Below, piece after piece: positions 30,221 to 41,884 of a stretch of 64,000 bases of DNA; the first letter of the stretch is position 1; every line of letters starts with the position of its first letter. This stretch comes from Scyliorhinus canicula (Eukaryota). The stretch spans positions 146,855,171 to 146,919,170 of the forward strand of contig NC_052157.1 in NCBI RefSeq assembly GCF_902713615.1, in the 5' to 3' direction. The notes below the pieces were generated by a model that was given only the letters and a program-made list of their open reading frames with translations, searched no databases and was not told the DNA's origin. A program made the position numbers and the translations under genes.

Positions 30221-30518
30221 TGAAAAATCACCACCATTGCCTCCGCTATCTCCTCCAGAACCCTGGGGTTTAGTCCATCCGCTCCGGGTGATTTTTTCGC
30301 TCCAGACCTTTCCGGTTCCCTAGCATCTTCGTGATGGCCACTACTCTCACCTGACTCTTGAAGTTCTGGTATGCCACTGGTGACTTCTACCGTGAAAACT
30401 GATGCAAAGTACCTACTCAGGCCACCATTTTGAAAGGGTTCTCCAATCCAATCAGTAAGAATAAATAAAAAACTATTTTAAAAAATATATTAATCGCTTA
30501 TTGTCACAAGTAGGCTTA

Positions 30519-31128
30519 AGACTAGGGAGGTTATGCTGCAATTGTATAAGGTGTTAGTGAGGCCACACCTGGAGTATTGTGTTCAGTTTTGCTCTCCTTA
30601 CTTGAGAAAGGACGTACTGGCACTGGAGGGTGTGCAGAGGAGATTCACTAGGTTAATCCCAGAGCTGAAGGGGTTGGATTACGAGGAGAGGTTGAGTAGA
30701 CTGGGTCTGTACTCGTTGGAATTTAGAAGGATGAGGGTGGATCTTATAGAAACATTTAAAATTATGAAGGGAATAGATAGGATAGATGCGGGCAGGTTGT
30801 TTCCACTGGCGGGTGAAAGCAGAACCAGGGGACAGCCTCAAAATAAGGAGATGTAGATTTGGGACTGAGTTTAGGAGGAACTTCTTCACCCAAAGGGTTG
30901 TGAATCTATGGAATTCCTTGCCCAGTGAAGCAGTTGAGGCTCCTTCATTAAATGTTTTTAAGGTAAAGATAGATAGTTTTTTTGAAGAATAAAGGGATTA
31001 AGGGTTATGATGTTCGGGCCGGAAAGTGGAGCTGAGTCCACAAAATATCAGCCATGATCTCATTGAATGGCGGAGCAGGCTCGAGGGGCCAGATGGCCTA
31101 CTCCTGCTCCTAGTTCTTATGTTCTTAT
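30519..31128 (+). mobile_element. Young CR1 (HER1-like) 3' end inserted in a type D SINE (30488-31265, minus)
   Basis: LYKVLVRPHLEYCVQF..LEGVQRRFTRLIP..RLGLYSLEFRRMR; tail (ttcttatg)2; SINE gtaggctt|atgaagttactgtg rejoins. Confidence 0.93.
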
Positions 31129-31265
31129 GAAGTTACTGTGAAAAGCCCCTAGTCGCCACATTCCAGCGCCTGTTCGGGGAAGTCGGTACGGGAATTGAAC
31201 CCGCGCTGCTGGTCTTGTTCTGCATTGCAAGTCAGCTGTTTAGCCCACTGTGCTAAACCAGCCCC

Positions 31266-32275
31266 GAACAACACCACCTCCACGATAGTCCTCAATACCG
31301 GGGACCAGCAAGGCTGTGAACTTGGCCCCTACTATACTCCCTGTACACCACACAACTGTGTGGCAAAATTTGGTTCCAACTCCATCTATAAGTTTGCTGA
31401 CGATACGGCCATAGTGGGCCGGATCTCGAATAACGACGAGTCAGAATAGAGGAGGGAGATTGAGAACCTAGTGGAATGGTGCAGAGACAACAATCAGTGA
31501 CCTCAATGTCAGCAAAACTAAGGAGCTGGTCATTGATTTCAGAAAGTACTGTACACACCCTTGTCAGCATCAACGGGGCCGAGGCGGAGATGGTTAGCAG
31601 TTTCAAATTCCTAGGGGTACACATCTCCAAAAATCTGTCCTGGTCCACCCACGTCGACGCTACTATCAAGAAAGCACAACAGCGCCTATACCTCCTCAGC
31701 AAATTAAGGAAATTCGGCATGTCCGCGTTAACTTTTATCAATTTTTAGATGCACCATAGAAAGCATCCTATCTGGCTGCATCACAGCCTGGTATGTCAAC
31801 TGCTTGGCCCAAGACCGCAAGAAACTTCAGAGAGCCATGAATACAGCCCAGTCCATCACACGAACCTGCCTCCCATCCATTGACTCTATCTACACCTCCC
31901 GCTGCCTGGGGAAAGCAGGCAGCATAATCAAAGATCCCTCCCACCCGGCTTACTCACTCTTCCAACTTCTTCCATCGGGCAGGAGATACAAAAGTCTGAG
32001 AACACGCAAAGCAGAATCAGAAACAGCTTCTTCCCCGCTGTTACCAGACTCCTAAATGACCCTCTTATGGACTGACCTCATTAACACGACACCCCTGTAT
32101 GCTTCACCCGATGTTGGTGTTATGTAGTTACATTGTGTACCTTGTGTTGCCCTAATATGTATTTCCTTTTATTTCCTTTTCTTTTCATGTACTTAATGAT
32201 CTGTTGAGCTGCTTGTAGAAAAAGACTTTTCACTGTACCTTGGTACACGTGGCAATAAACACATCCAATCCAATC
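31266..32275 (+). mobile_element. Rex1/Babar LINE, 5'-truncated
   Basis: [55 protein letters not shown]; tail (atcca)n. Confidence 0.92.
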
Positions 32276-32279
32276 TCTA

Positions 32280-33010
32280 TGTGAGCTTGAGTGTTCCCCA
32301 TACCCCCCTAACCACAGAGAATGTCGCCCCCCCCCCCCTCCCCCCAAGTGGCGACACTCCGCTATGGGGTCGCTCAGGGCACCCCCTCCCTTCCAGGCTT
32401 TACCACGCCCCTTTTTGGACCCCTCCTTCCAAGATCCCAACACTTCACCCCCTCCTCAACTTTCCAAAGGCCCCTTCATACCTGCACTGCACACCCCGCC
32501 CTTCATACCCACCCCCTCATCCCCCCTGGCACTAGTACCCTGGCGTGCTCCTGCGAGCCTGGCTGTACCACCCTGGCCCCTTGGCAGTGCCAAGGTGCCA
32601 ATCTGGCAGTGCCAAGATGCCCAGCTGTTAGGGGAGCCAGGATGCCTGGCTGCCCTGTCCCTGACCACCCAGGGGCCTCTAATAGCCTTGGAGACCCCCG
32701 GATCTGTTCAGCCTGGTCCCCATTTGCGTGGACCAGTACTAAACGGCGCCCTCCTGGAGTTTCCCTGTGCAGGCCGACAGATTCCAGCAGTCTGTTAGAT
32801 TTGGCATCAACATGATTGTGAGTTCTTAAAGTCATTGAGCTGTGCGAGACGGGGTCTCGCTCATTGTGGGCGGGACCTACATCGCAACGCCTCGTGAGAT
32901 GTGGTTAGATCATGCGAGGCATAATGGCTGTCGGGGAGCGCGGGAGAGGCATCTCCCGGCATCTACCAGCCACTTCGATTCTGGTAGGACGCGGCAGGTA
33001 GATCGTTCCC
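32280..33010. mobile_element. GC-rich non-autonomous element remnant
   Basis: C-rich, GC-high block ending ggtagatcgttccc; overlapping low-complexity ORFs only. Confidence 0.45.
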
Positions 33011-34200
33011 CTAGCCTCTGATCTACGTTTGTAGCCACAGTAATTATACGGCTGGCTCATTGCAGTTTCTGGCGAATGGTAACCCCCAGGATGTTGTTAG
33101 TAGGGAATTCAGGGAAGATCATGCCACTGAATGTCAAGGGGTGATGGTTAGATTTCACTACTTGGTTATTACCTGGTACTGATGTGGTGTGAATGTTACT
33201 TGCCACTTATCAGCCCATACCTGAATATTGTCCGGATCTTACTGCATATGGACATGGTCTACTTCAGTTATCAGAGGAGTTGCAAATGATGCTGAACATT
33301 GTGCAATCATCAATGAACGTCCCCCACTTCTGTTCTTGTGATAGAGGGAAGATCATTGATGAAGTAGTTGAAGATGTTTGGGCCCAGGGCGCTATCCCTG
33401 AGGAACCCGTGCAGTGATGTTGTGGGGCTGAGATGATTGACCACCAACAGCTGCAACCATCTTCCTTTGTGCTGGATATGATTCCGTGGAGGTTTCCCCC
33501 TGATTCCCATTGATTTGACTTTCTCTATAGTCCCTTGATGCCCCACTTGGTCAAATACAGCCTTAACGTCAAGGACAATCACTTCACTTCACCTCCTGAG
33601 TTCATGGCCGGGATTCTGCGAGAATCCCGCCACGCCTCTGCGCTGCCGGCGACCGGAGAATCGGTGGCAATCCAGCATGGGTCAGCACGGACCCGTGCTG
33701 GCTGTGGCACACATGAGTGGACGCGTGCCGGCCGTGTAGGGCCAGTTTTGACGCCGGCGTCAACACTTGGCTGGGATTTCGGAGAATCCCGGCCCATGTT
33801 TTGTGTCCATGTTTGGACTAAGGTTGTAATGAGGTCAGGAACTGACTGACCCTAGAGGATCACAAACTGAGCGTCAGTGAGCCGGGTATTGCTGTTGCTG
33901 ACCAAGGGTAGTTTGAAGGGCTGGTAATTGGCTGGGTTGGAATTGTCCTGCTTTTGTCTTATTTGTAATGTGCAGGACATATCAATGCTCTTCTCCACAT
34001 TGCTGGGATAGATGCTAGTGTTATAGCTGTAGTGGAAAGGTTTGGCTTGGGGCTAGTTCTGGAACACAATCCTGCTGGAACATTGTGCGGGCCTATAGCC
34101 TCTGCAGAATTCAGTGCCTTCAACTGCTGCTTGATATCACATGGAGTGAATCTCTGCAGTTTGCAGTAATCCCATCCTGTAAAGCCTGCATGTAGGCCTG
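33011..34200 (-). mobile_element. CR1-superfamily LINE RT fragment (family of 4120-5100)
   Basis: IVLDVKAVFDQVGHQG..KVKSMGIRGK..ALGPNIFNYFINDLPSI. Confidence 0.8.
33606..33795. mobile_element. MITE (about 190 bp)
   Basis: TIRs ggccgggattctgcg / cggagaatcccggcc; inserted in the LINE. Confidence 0.75.
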
Positions 34201-34406
34201 AATACCTCAGGGGAAATAGAAATTGCGGAGGTGGCCTTAACAAACCATAGTCTCTTGTTTGTGGGTCTTGGATCTCTTTCTTGTGCCTGTATCAATATGA
34301 GGCACATTTTGTCATAATGAGTGTGCATTTCCTGGAGACTTGGGTGCCTGTTTAACATCTGTAAAGATACACATTGCAACATTCAGTGATAAAGTTTATT
34401 CGTCTC

Positions 34407-34520
34407 ATAGAATAGAATGGAACAGTACAGCACAGAACAGGCCCTTCAGCCCTCAATGTTGTGCCGAACAATGATCACCCCACTCAAACCCACGTATCCA
34501 CCCTATACCCATAACCCAAC

Positions 34521-34562
<42 letters not shown>

Positions 34563-34766
34563 CCTTTACTTTTTAGGACACTACGGGCAATTTAGCATAG
34601 CCAATCCACCTAACCCGCACATCTTTGGACTGTGGGAGGAAACCGGAGCACCCGGAGGAAACCCACGCACACACGGGGAGGACGTGCAGACTCCGCACAG
34701 ACAGTGACCCAGCCGGGAATCGAACCTGGGACCCTGGAGCTGTGAAGCATTTATGCTAACCACCAT
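34407..34766 (-). mobile_element. Young V-SINE, tail A', with C38 expansion
   Basis: Near-identical to 23286-23612 except the poly-C tract at 34523-34560. Confidence 0.92.
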
Positions 34767-34849
34767 AGTTTATAGTTTTTATTTTTAAAATATATTGGTC
34801 CCATGTGAATTAGCAAAGAACAGTAAATAGATTTTGGTGGTAAGGTGTA

Positions 34850-35880
34850 AAAATTATGGGTGAAGCTTTGGAGAAAGTGAGCAGTTTTCAGTACCTGGGA
34901 GTAGCGGTGGCAGAAGGTGGAAGTATTGAAATTAGGCAACGCATTAGCTCAGGTTGGAAGACGTGCAGTGGAGTGTTATGTGATAGAAAAGTATCACTGA
35001 AACTGAGAAGAAGAATCTCCCAGACAGTTGTGAGGCCGCCCTTGTTATATAATGCAGAACTCGGAGCAGTGTCAAGAAGAGAGGGACAGTGGGTAGCACT
35101 CACGGCGCCGAGGTCCCAGGTTCGATCCCGGTTCTGGGTCACTGTCCGTGTGGAGTTTGCACATTCTCCTCGTGTCTGCGTGGGTTTTGCCCCCACAGCC
35201 CAAAGATGTGCAGGGTAGGTGGATTGGCCACACTAAATTGCCCCTTAATTGGAAAAATGAATGGGGTACTGTTTTTTTTTCTCTTTTTAAAAATAAATAA
35301 ATAAATTTAGAGTACCTAATTAAGGGGCAATTTACAGGCGCCGGAATGTGGCGACTAGGGGCTTTTCACAGTAACTTCATTGAAGCCTACTCGTGACAAT
35401 AAGCGATTTTCATTTCATTTCATTGTGGGGGTGAAACCCACGCAGACAAGGGGAATGAATAGGGTACTTTAAATTTTTTTTTTTAAAAGAGCGACTGGAT
35501 ACTAATGAGATGCGGATGCTGAAATGGATGTGTAGAGTAAAGAGAAAGGACAAAATCAGGAACCAGCACAACGTCCTGGGAGAGGGGGGGGGGGGGGGGG
35601 GGGGGTTTGCGGTTGTGGGAGCATCAAAGAAAGTAGTCAAAAGATTGAATTGGGATGTTCAGGTTGGTCATCTGTTGCGGAGAGAGAGAGGGGAAATGTG
35701 GTGAGGTGAGTAATGGAGATCTGATTGCCAGGAAGAAGAGGAAAACCTAAGATCAGAGGGAAAGATGCGGTGGTGAGGGGTTTGAACGCCGGGGGGGGGG
35801 ATTGGAAAAGGAATGGGTGACTGATAGGAGGGGATACAGAAGGGTGATCAACGGGCACCGTGGCAACCTCAAGCAAAATG
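34850..35880 (+). mobile_element. Second RTE-clade family (Expander/Rex3-like) 3' fragment, interrupted by a SINE cluster at 35083-35490
   Basis: EKVSSFQYLG..GWKTCSGVLCDRKVSLKL..TVVRPPLLY..EMRMLKWMCRVKRKDKIRN. Confidence 0.8.
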
Positions 35881-36097
35881 AGAGAAGTTTCTTTAAAAAG
35901 AATATATTAAAAAAACATTGCCCTAGCATCTTTTCAATTCTTTATAAAAATGTATTTATTTTCAGTTATTGATGCAGCTACAGAGATATAATGTCAGACT
36001 TAATGATGTGAATCTCTGTGCAAACAGAAAGGGTTTATTTCTGTACAATACTTCTATTACAGTTCTCCAAGATTTAAGTGGTACTTTTCACGCAAAC

Positions 36098-36307
36098 TTT
36101 TAAAAAAAATTTAGAGTACCCAATTCATTTTCTTCCAATTCAGGGGCAATTTAGCATGGCCAATCCACCTACCCTGCACATCTTTGGGTTGTGGGGATGA
36201 AACCCACGCAGACACTGGGAGAATGTGCAAACTCCACACGGACAGTGACCCAGAGCCGGGATTGAACCTGGGACCGCCGTGAAACAGCAGTGCTAACCAC
36301 TGTGCCC
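36098..36307 (-). mobile_element. V-SINE type C
   Basis: 14-bp TSD cttttcacgcaaac / cttttcacacaaac. Confidence 0.9.
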
Positions 36308-37387
36308 CTTTTCACACAAACCTAATGGGTAGTCTTCTGGATATTTATTTATTCCTCGTTCTTTCCCATTGTTTTAGAAACTGTGCATCTTAAATCCGTT
36401 TCATAACCGTTCCCATGTCCTCGAACCTCAGTGCACAAACGATCCCAGATCATACTTTCTGTTCATTTTATTGATGCAATTTTTCTGTTCAAGCATTTTT
36501 AATCATTAGTGTCCTGAGAGAAATGTGCAATGATTCGGTGAGCTCTTCTCAAGTTACAAAACTGAACTGCAGAGTAATTAATTGCATAGAGATTTTCGAG
36601 ACAGTGCAAAAAAAGGAATTATATAAGTGAAACATATTGTTTTGCTGTCTCTCACTTTCTCTCTCGCTTTCTTTTTCTTTGTTTCTTCTTTCAGCTTTCA
36701 CAGAATCTGATACATAACAGCCGTTCCCTCGCGACTCGGGGCTTTCTACTTTTTGTACATCAATCAGCATATTTATCCATTATCTAACATCCTGAGAAGC
36801 TGCACCTTTCCAGTGCTGTAAAATAATCCTCATTGCCAAGATTAAACCCAAATGTAACTGATGGGCCCCTGGAGGGATAGTCTGAGTATGACCAATTTAG
36901 CACTAATTGCTAATGTGCGTTTAAGAATATTTCCCAGAAATAACTGGTACTTGGGTTCAGAAAATTTCTGTGGTTGGACAACATATGGGCACTATTAACC
37001 TCCATGTTGGCACGATGCCAGCGTTTCCGATTGTAGTAACCTTACTCTTGAGAGCTGTGCTACAGATACATACATTAAACTAGACTAAGCTCGATTCTGC
37101 ACAAGTTCTTTGTAATGTTTTGATCAGCTTTTTCTCTGAAGTGTTCAGCCTACTTATTCCTTGCAGTAAACTTTGGATCTTTGCTTACACCATTGAGACT
37201 TGCAGATACTCTCCTTCTTTTGCAGTAGCCTGTTTGTTTGGTACTTTGTAAAAGGGGTGCCTCAAAGAAGCACTGATAAATTTTGAAGGCAGAGCAAAGA
37301 GCAAATTTTGCCCACGTGCCTTCGTCCAAAATAAAACAAAGCCTTTTTTTTTTTTAATTGTTTATCCGTAGTGAGTTCCTCGCCGCC

Positions 37388-37690
37388 TCATTCTTCCTGA
37401 AGGTGTTGACTCTCTGCTGGGTACAGTTTCACAGGCTCCAGGAGCCTTCATGCATCTTGCTGAAGCAAACATTATCAATGAGAACCTGAGCTAAAATCAG
37501 CAGACTTTTTAATCATCAGAGACAGCACAGTTGGGACTCATCCTGTCTTCAAATGTTGTCTGAAAAAGTGCACTTCAGGTGGGGGTTCCTGGATGAAGAT
37601 CAGCATCATAAATCCTAGTTGGTATTCCTCTCTGGCTAGTACAGTATCTCCCATTGTACTGACTGATATCAGCCAGTTCAGCACGGTATC
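37388..37690 (-). mobile_element. Ancient SINE, AmnSINE2-like
   Basis: Minus strand ends gtgaaactgtacccagcagagagtcaacaccttcaggaaga, resembling the remembered AmnSINE2 3' end; related scraps near 16050-16330 and 22270-22500. Confidence 0.5.
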
Positions 37691-37856
37691 AGCCAGTTCT
37701 GTCCTCCAGTAACCTTGCAAACTGTCTGGTGGTGGGGGACGAGGTGGTGTGGGGTTAAAAGGTGACTAGATACAACATTTAATTTTCGGTCAACACCTCA
37801 TTCTCCCTTCTGATCCCCGGTGTAAGTAAAACAACAACAAAGTAATAATGGAGGAA

Positions 37857-38212
37857 GATTTGTTTTGATAATTGCCTTTCCTGGCCCACAGGATGTTCCA
37901 AAGTACTTTACAGGCAATTAAGTCATTTGAAGTATAGCCATTGTGGTAATGTAATCCAATTTGGCCATAGCACGATGCCACAAACAGCAATGTGATAATG
38001 ACCAGACAGTCTGTTTTTAATTGATTGAGAAATAAACATTGACCTTGCTCTTTTTCAGAATAGTGATGTAGCATCCTTTATATAACTTAAGAGGACAGAC
38101 GGGTTTGCGCTGATGCCTCAGCTAAAAAAAGGCACATCTGATGGCCCAATCCTCCCTCAGTAATAAATGGAGTGTCCACTTAGATTTTGTGCTCAGGCCT
38201 CTGGAGTGGGAC
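37857..38212 (-). mobile_element. Deu-domain SINE (SacSINE1-like)
   Basis: cccactccagaggcctgagcacaaaatcta...actgagggag...ctggtcattatcacattgctgtttgtgg...ctgtaaagtactttgg. Confidence 0.8.
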
Positions 38213-39087
38213 ATGTGGGGGGAGCCGCCACTGACACGAGGGGGAATGTTGTTGACAGCCAAGGTTAACTGATGAAAAATGCCTGAGACAGAAAGCTGGT
38301 GGGCCACTTGAGAGGCTTGCACCATGTCGTGAGCTTAGAGAAAGAAATATGTTGCTTCTTACAGACTTGTACCTGGCCTTGGGGCCCAGTAAGGTTGACT
38401 GCTCTGTTGCCCATAGCCTTATCCTGAAGTTCCTTGAAGCCCTGATTAATTTTGGAAGATCTGTGTCAGCTGTCTGTAAATCCAGCTTTATGAAATCCTG
38501 ATGCATAATGTTTTTGCCAAGCATCTTTAGTATTCTGCCTCTTGAATGTCTTTCTCCCCTTTTTTTTCCCCCCACCTGTGTGAAAGGCAGGACAGGTCCA
38601 CCTGAAGGAACTAACATGCTTGATTTGAAAGTAGCACACTTGAGCAGGAAGGTATCCACCTTCCTCAGTCCATTTCCCTTCTGACCATACCGCTGAAATG
38701 TAACAAAAAACATGCGTTCATAAGGCAAATGTACACACTGATCAAGTGTTCCAGCTTTTGCATTGCCAGTGCATTTACATTCAAACCAATGGTCCATGCT
38801 GCTGGTGTGATGTTTTATTCTGGTCGATGTAATTGCAGAAGGGATATGTTAGCCAATAAGATGACCAAACTAATTTGGTACAAGAATATTTTTTTAAATT
38901 GTAGTTGATTTTGTTCTGGTTATAAGAATATTTGTTTTGTGTGAGACTGGACTATTTATTTAACTTTCCAATGTCCTTACCTTTATTACCTGCTCAGAGC
39001 TGCACATGGACACAATTGAATGAGTTAGGGGAGGGAATGCCATTGCTTTCTGAAAGAGCCTCGCAGGTTCTAAGCTGTACCACAAAT

Positions 39088-39610
39088 GACGGTAGCACAG
39101 TGGTTAGCACTGTTGCTTCACAGCGCCAGGGTCCCAGGTTCGATTCCTGGCTTGGATCTCTGTCTGTGCGGAGTCTGCTCGTTCTCCCTGTGTCTGTGTG
39201 GGTTTCCTCCGGGTGCTCCGGTTTCCTCCCACAAGTCCCGAAAGACGCGCTGTAAGGTAATTTGGACATTCTGAATTCTCCCTATGTGTACCTGAACAGG
39301 CGCCGGAATGTGGCGACTAGGGCTTTTCACAGTAACTTCTTTGCAGTGTTAATGTAAGCCTACTTGTGACAATAAAGATGGGCAGCCCTGTGGCGCTGTG
39401 GCTAGCACTATTGCCTCACGGTGCCGAGGGCCAAGGTTCAAACCCGCCCCGGGTCACTGTCCGTGTGGAGTTTGCACATTCTCCCTGTGTCTGTGTGGGT
39501 TTCGCCCCCACAACCCAAAGATGTGCAGGGTAGGTGGATTGACCACACCAAATTGCCCCTTAATTAGAAAAAATGAATTGGGTACTCTTATGTCTTCTTT
39601 AAAATAAATT
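39088..39610 (+). mobile_element. Tandem V-SINEs: type B (39088-39379) with a type C (39380-39610) in its tail
   Basis: Two heads and V bodies; taaagat duplicated around the second. Confidence 0.9.
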
Positions 39611-40116
39611 TTAATATTATTAAAGATTATTAAATGATTCAAAAGAGCAAGTCTCAAAATGCTTGGCCTTTGAAGCACTGAAGTGTTAATCTGGTGAAAA
39701 TGGAAACAGGGGGCCTTTATTTTGCATTCCAGCATGTTGGATAATTGAAAATAGCCTCTGTGACTTGAGTGAATATCCCACATGTAAGATAGTAGGTGAG
39801 TTGTAGTGTGAGCTAAAACAAAGAGCTGAAGTAATTTTTTTGGGAGAGGAGGGACAATTTTGTTTCATAATTATTTTGCTTAAGTTAGTTGTGAATCTTA
39901 GTGCGCATGAAGTGGGCACATCTCTGCAGGTGAATCAGACGAGTTTGAGCTTTGATAGCATCAGGTTTTCTAAAGTTACCGAGGCCCAGCCTAACTGGTA
40001 CATTTCCATGTGCCAATTTCCCTACTGCTACATCACATAGGTAAACTTTCATGCGCTAATTGTATCTCCAGTCCATATTTCAAACTTCCTCCACTTTATT
40101 TCCTCCTCCTTGCCAG

Positions 40117-40359
40117 GAATCTCAGTGAACTGATTGACAGATTTGTGGCAGATTTCAAAGCCCAGGGCCCTCCGAAGCCAAACACCGATGAAGGCGGAGC
40201 AGTGCTCCCGAGCTGTGCCGATCTGTTTGTCTACTACAAGAAGTGCATGGTGCAGTGCTCGCAGCTCAGCACCGGGGAGCCAATGATCGCTCTCACGACC
40301 ATATTCCAGAAATACCTGCGAGAATATGCATGGAAAATCCTCTCCGGAAACTTGCCTAA
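40117..40359 (+). CDS. VPS53: VPS53 internal coding exon (243 nt, phase 2 to 2; about human c.1314-1556)
   Basis: tcctcctccttgccAG acceptor; [80 protein letters not shown](K); donor AA|GTAAGT; in frame with the previous exon. Confidence 0.98.
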
Positions 40360-40455
40360 GTAAGTATGAAATGATCTTTAAATAGCCAGGCTTCCTCTGC
40401 AATCAACAGCAAATGATTACTTGATTTCAAATCTGCAGTAATAACATCGCAAATC

Positions 40456-41680
40456 GATGTAATCCCCTCCAATTAGCTATGTTCCTAAATGAGAAACCCC
40501 ACGTGTAGCTTGCATAGCTCCAATGTCCAAGGCACGCTAAGTCCAGTTCGCTGGAGAATACTGGAAACCTGAGAGCTGAAAGATGTCATCAGAACGGCGG
40601 GTTCAGATTGAATCAATGTGGACCATTTTATAACTCTTAATCTCTATTCAAGATTAGGTTCCAATGTAAAGTTCACTCGTTTACATTTTGTTTTCTTTAA
40701 TGAAGTTTATTTATATTTGTGGAGTGCACTGGGAAGATTATTGAACTTTTGATCTATTCTGTGCAGAGGGACACCACGGGGCACACTTTCCTCTGACTGC
40801 AATTGGCATAAATGTTTGTCTAGGCACAGCATGGGGAGACTCAGTAAATCGGATGCAAGCAGAAAGAACAACTGGTCCTAATTGGAATGGACTGCAATCA
40901 TTTTCACCATATATGGTACTGCACAGATTGAGATTACCAGGTTGTGTGCAGATTTTTGGCAAGCTTTCTGTTCGACATTGTTGTTGGAAACCAGAAGTTT
41001 TATTGAACCCGAAAATCCCAATAATGGTCAGTGGACGCATTTGTTTTGAAGTTGTGCATTATTTTCCGATATGGCAGATGGAAAATCCTCCCTCCATCTT
41101 TGTGCGTACAATTAAATTGGAATATGATTGAGCTTCAATGTCTAAAAGGTGACAGGAACGGTAGGTACCAAGTGGTGATGAGATTAGTGATTAATCCGTT
41201 CGGGGGGGGGGCTAGCAGCCAGGCAGCATAGAGCGAGCTTCCAGCTCTAGCTGCTGATAACGGCTGCAGAATTGCTGGGTCTGTGGCCGACCATGTGCAC
41301 TGCAGCGGCCACGCCTTGCAACATGCCGCCAGTCACTTGCGGACCCGGCTGCCATATAGTGTCCCCCCCCCCCCCCCCCCCCCCCCCCCGTAGACCTTTG
41401 GTAGTGAAATGCATCCACAGACGTAGCCTTATTGAAGGGGATCATGCTGAATCTGTGCCAGGCCTGTTATATTCCTGTCTTCTGAAACATTTAGGGGACA
41501 ATATTTTAATTCTGTTTTGCTGGCTGCAGACATTGGAAAAAAAGGGCAAGAGCATTTGAGGTTACAGCATCTCAAATCAGTGCTTACTACTGAACTTAGC
41601 GTGCCTTGGACATTGGAGCTATGCAAGCGACACGTGGGGTTTCTCATTTAGGAACATAGTTAATTGGAGGGGATTACATC
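40456..41680. repeat. 92-bp inverted repeat (arms 40456-40547 and 41589-41680) with 1041-nt spacer
   Basis: Arms are reverse complements at 89 of 92 positions; the differences pair as G40476.U41660, A40507/G41629 and C40543/A41593. Confidence 0.97.
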
Positions 41681-41884
41681 AGGAGAATCAGGAGAGCGCC
41701 TCCCAAAATTACCTGCCAATGTACTCTTGGGCGGGGAATTGCAAATATGTAAACAATGATAACAGCCGTGATTATTCTAATTCAGTCATCTCTTCAATAA
41801 ACACGCATTTTCTGATGGAAATATATTTTACTTGCTGCTGAAGAGAAAGTTCCCTCAAACCATACGAGACAAAATGGCTGAGGT

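Noticed and set aside
40456-41680. Inverted repeat read as TIRs of a DNA transposon
   Set aside because: No TSD (gcaaatc vs aggagaa), no recognisable terminal motif, no coding remnant. Not fully excluded without a genome search.
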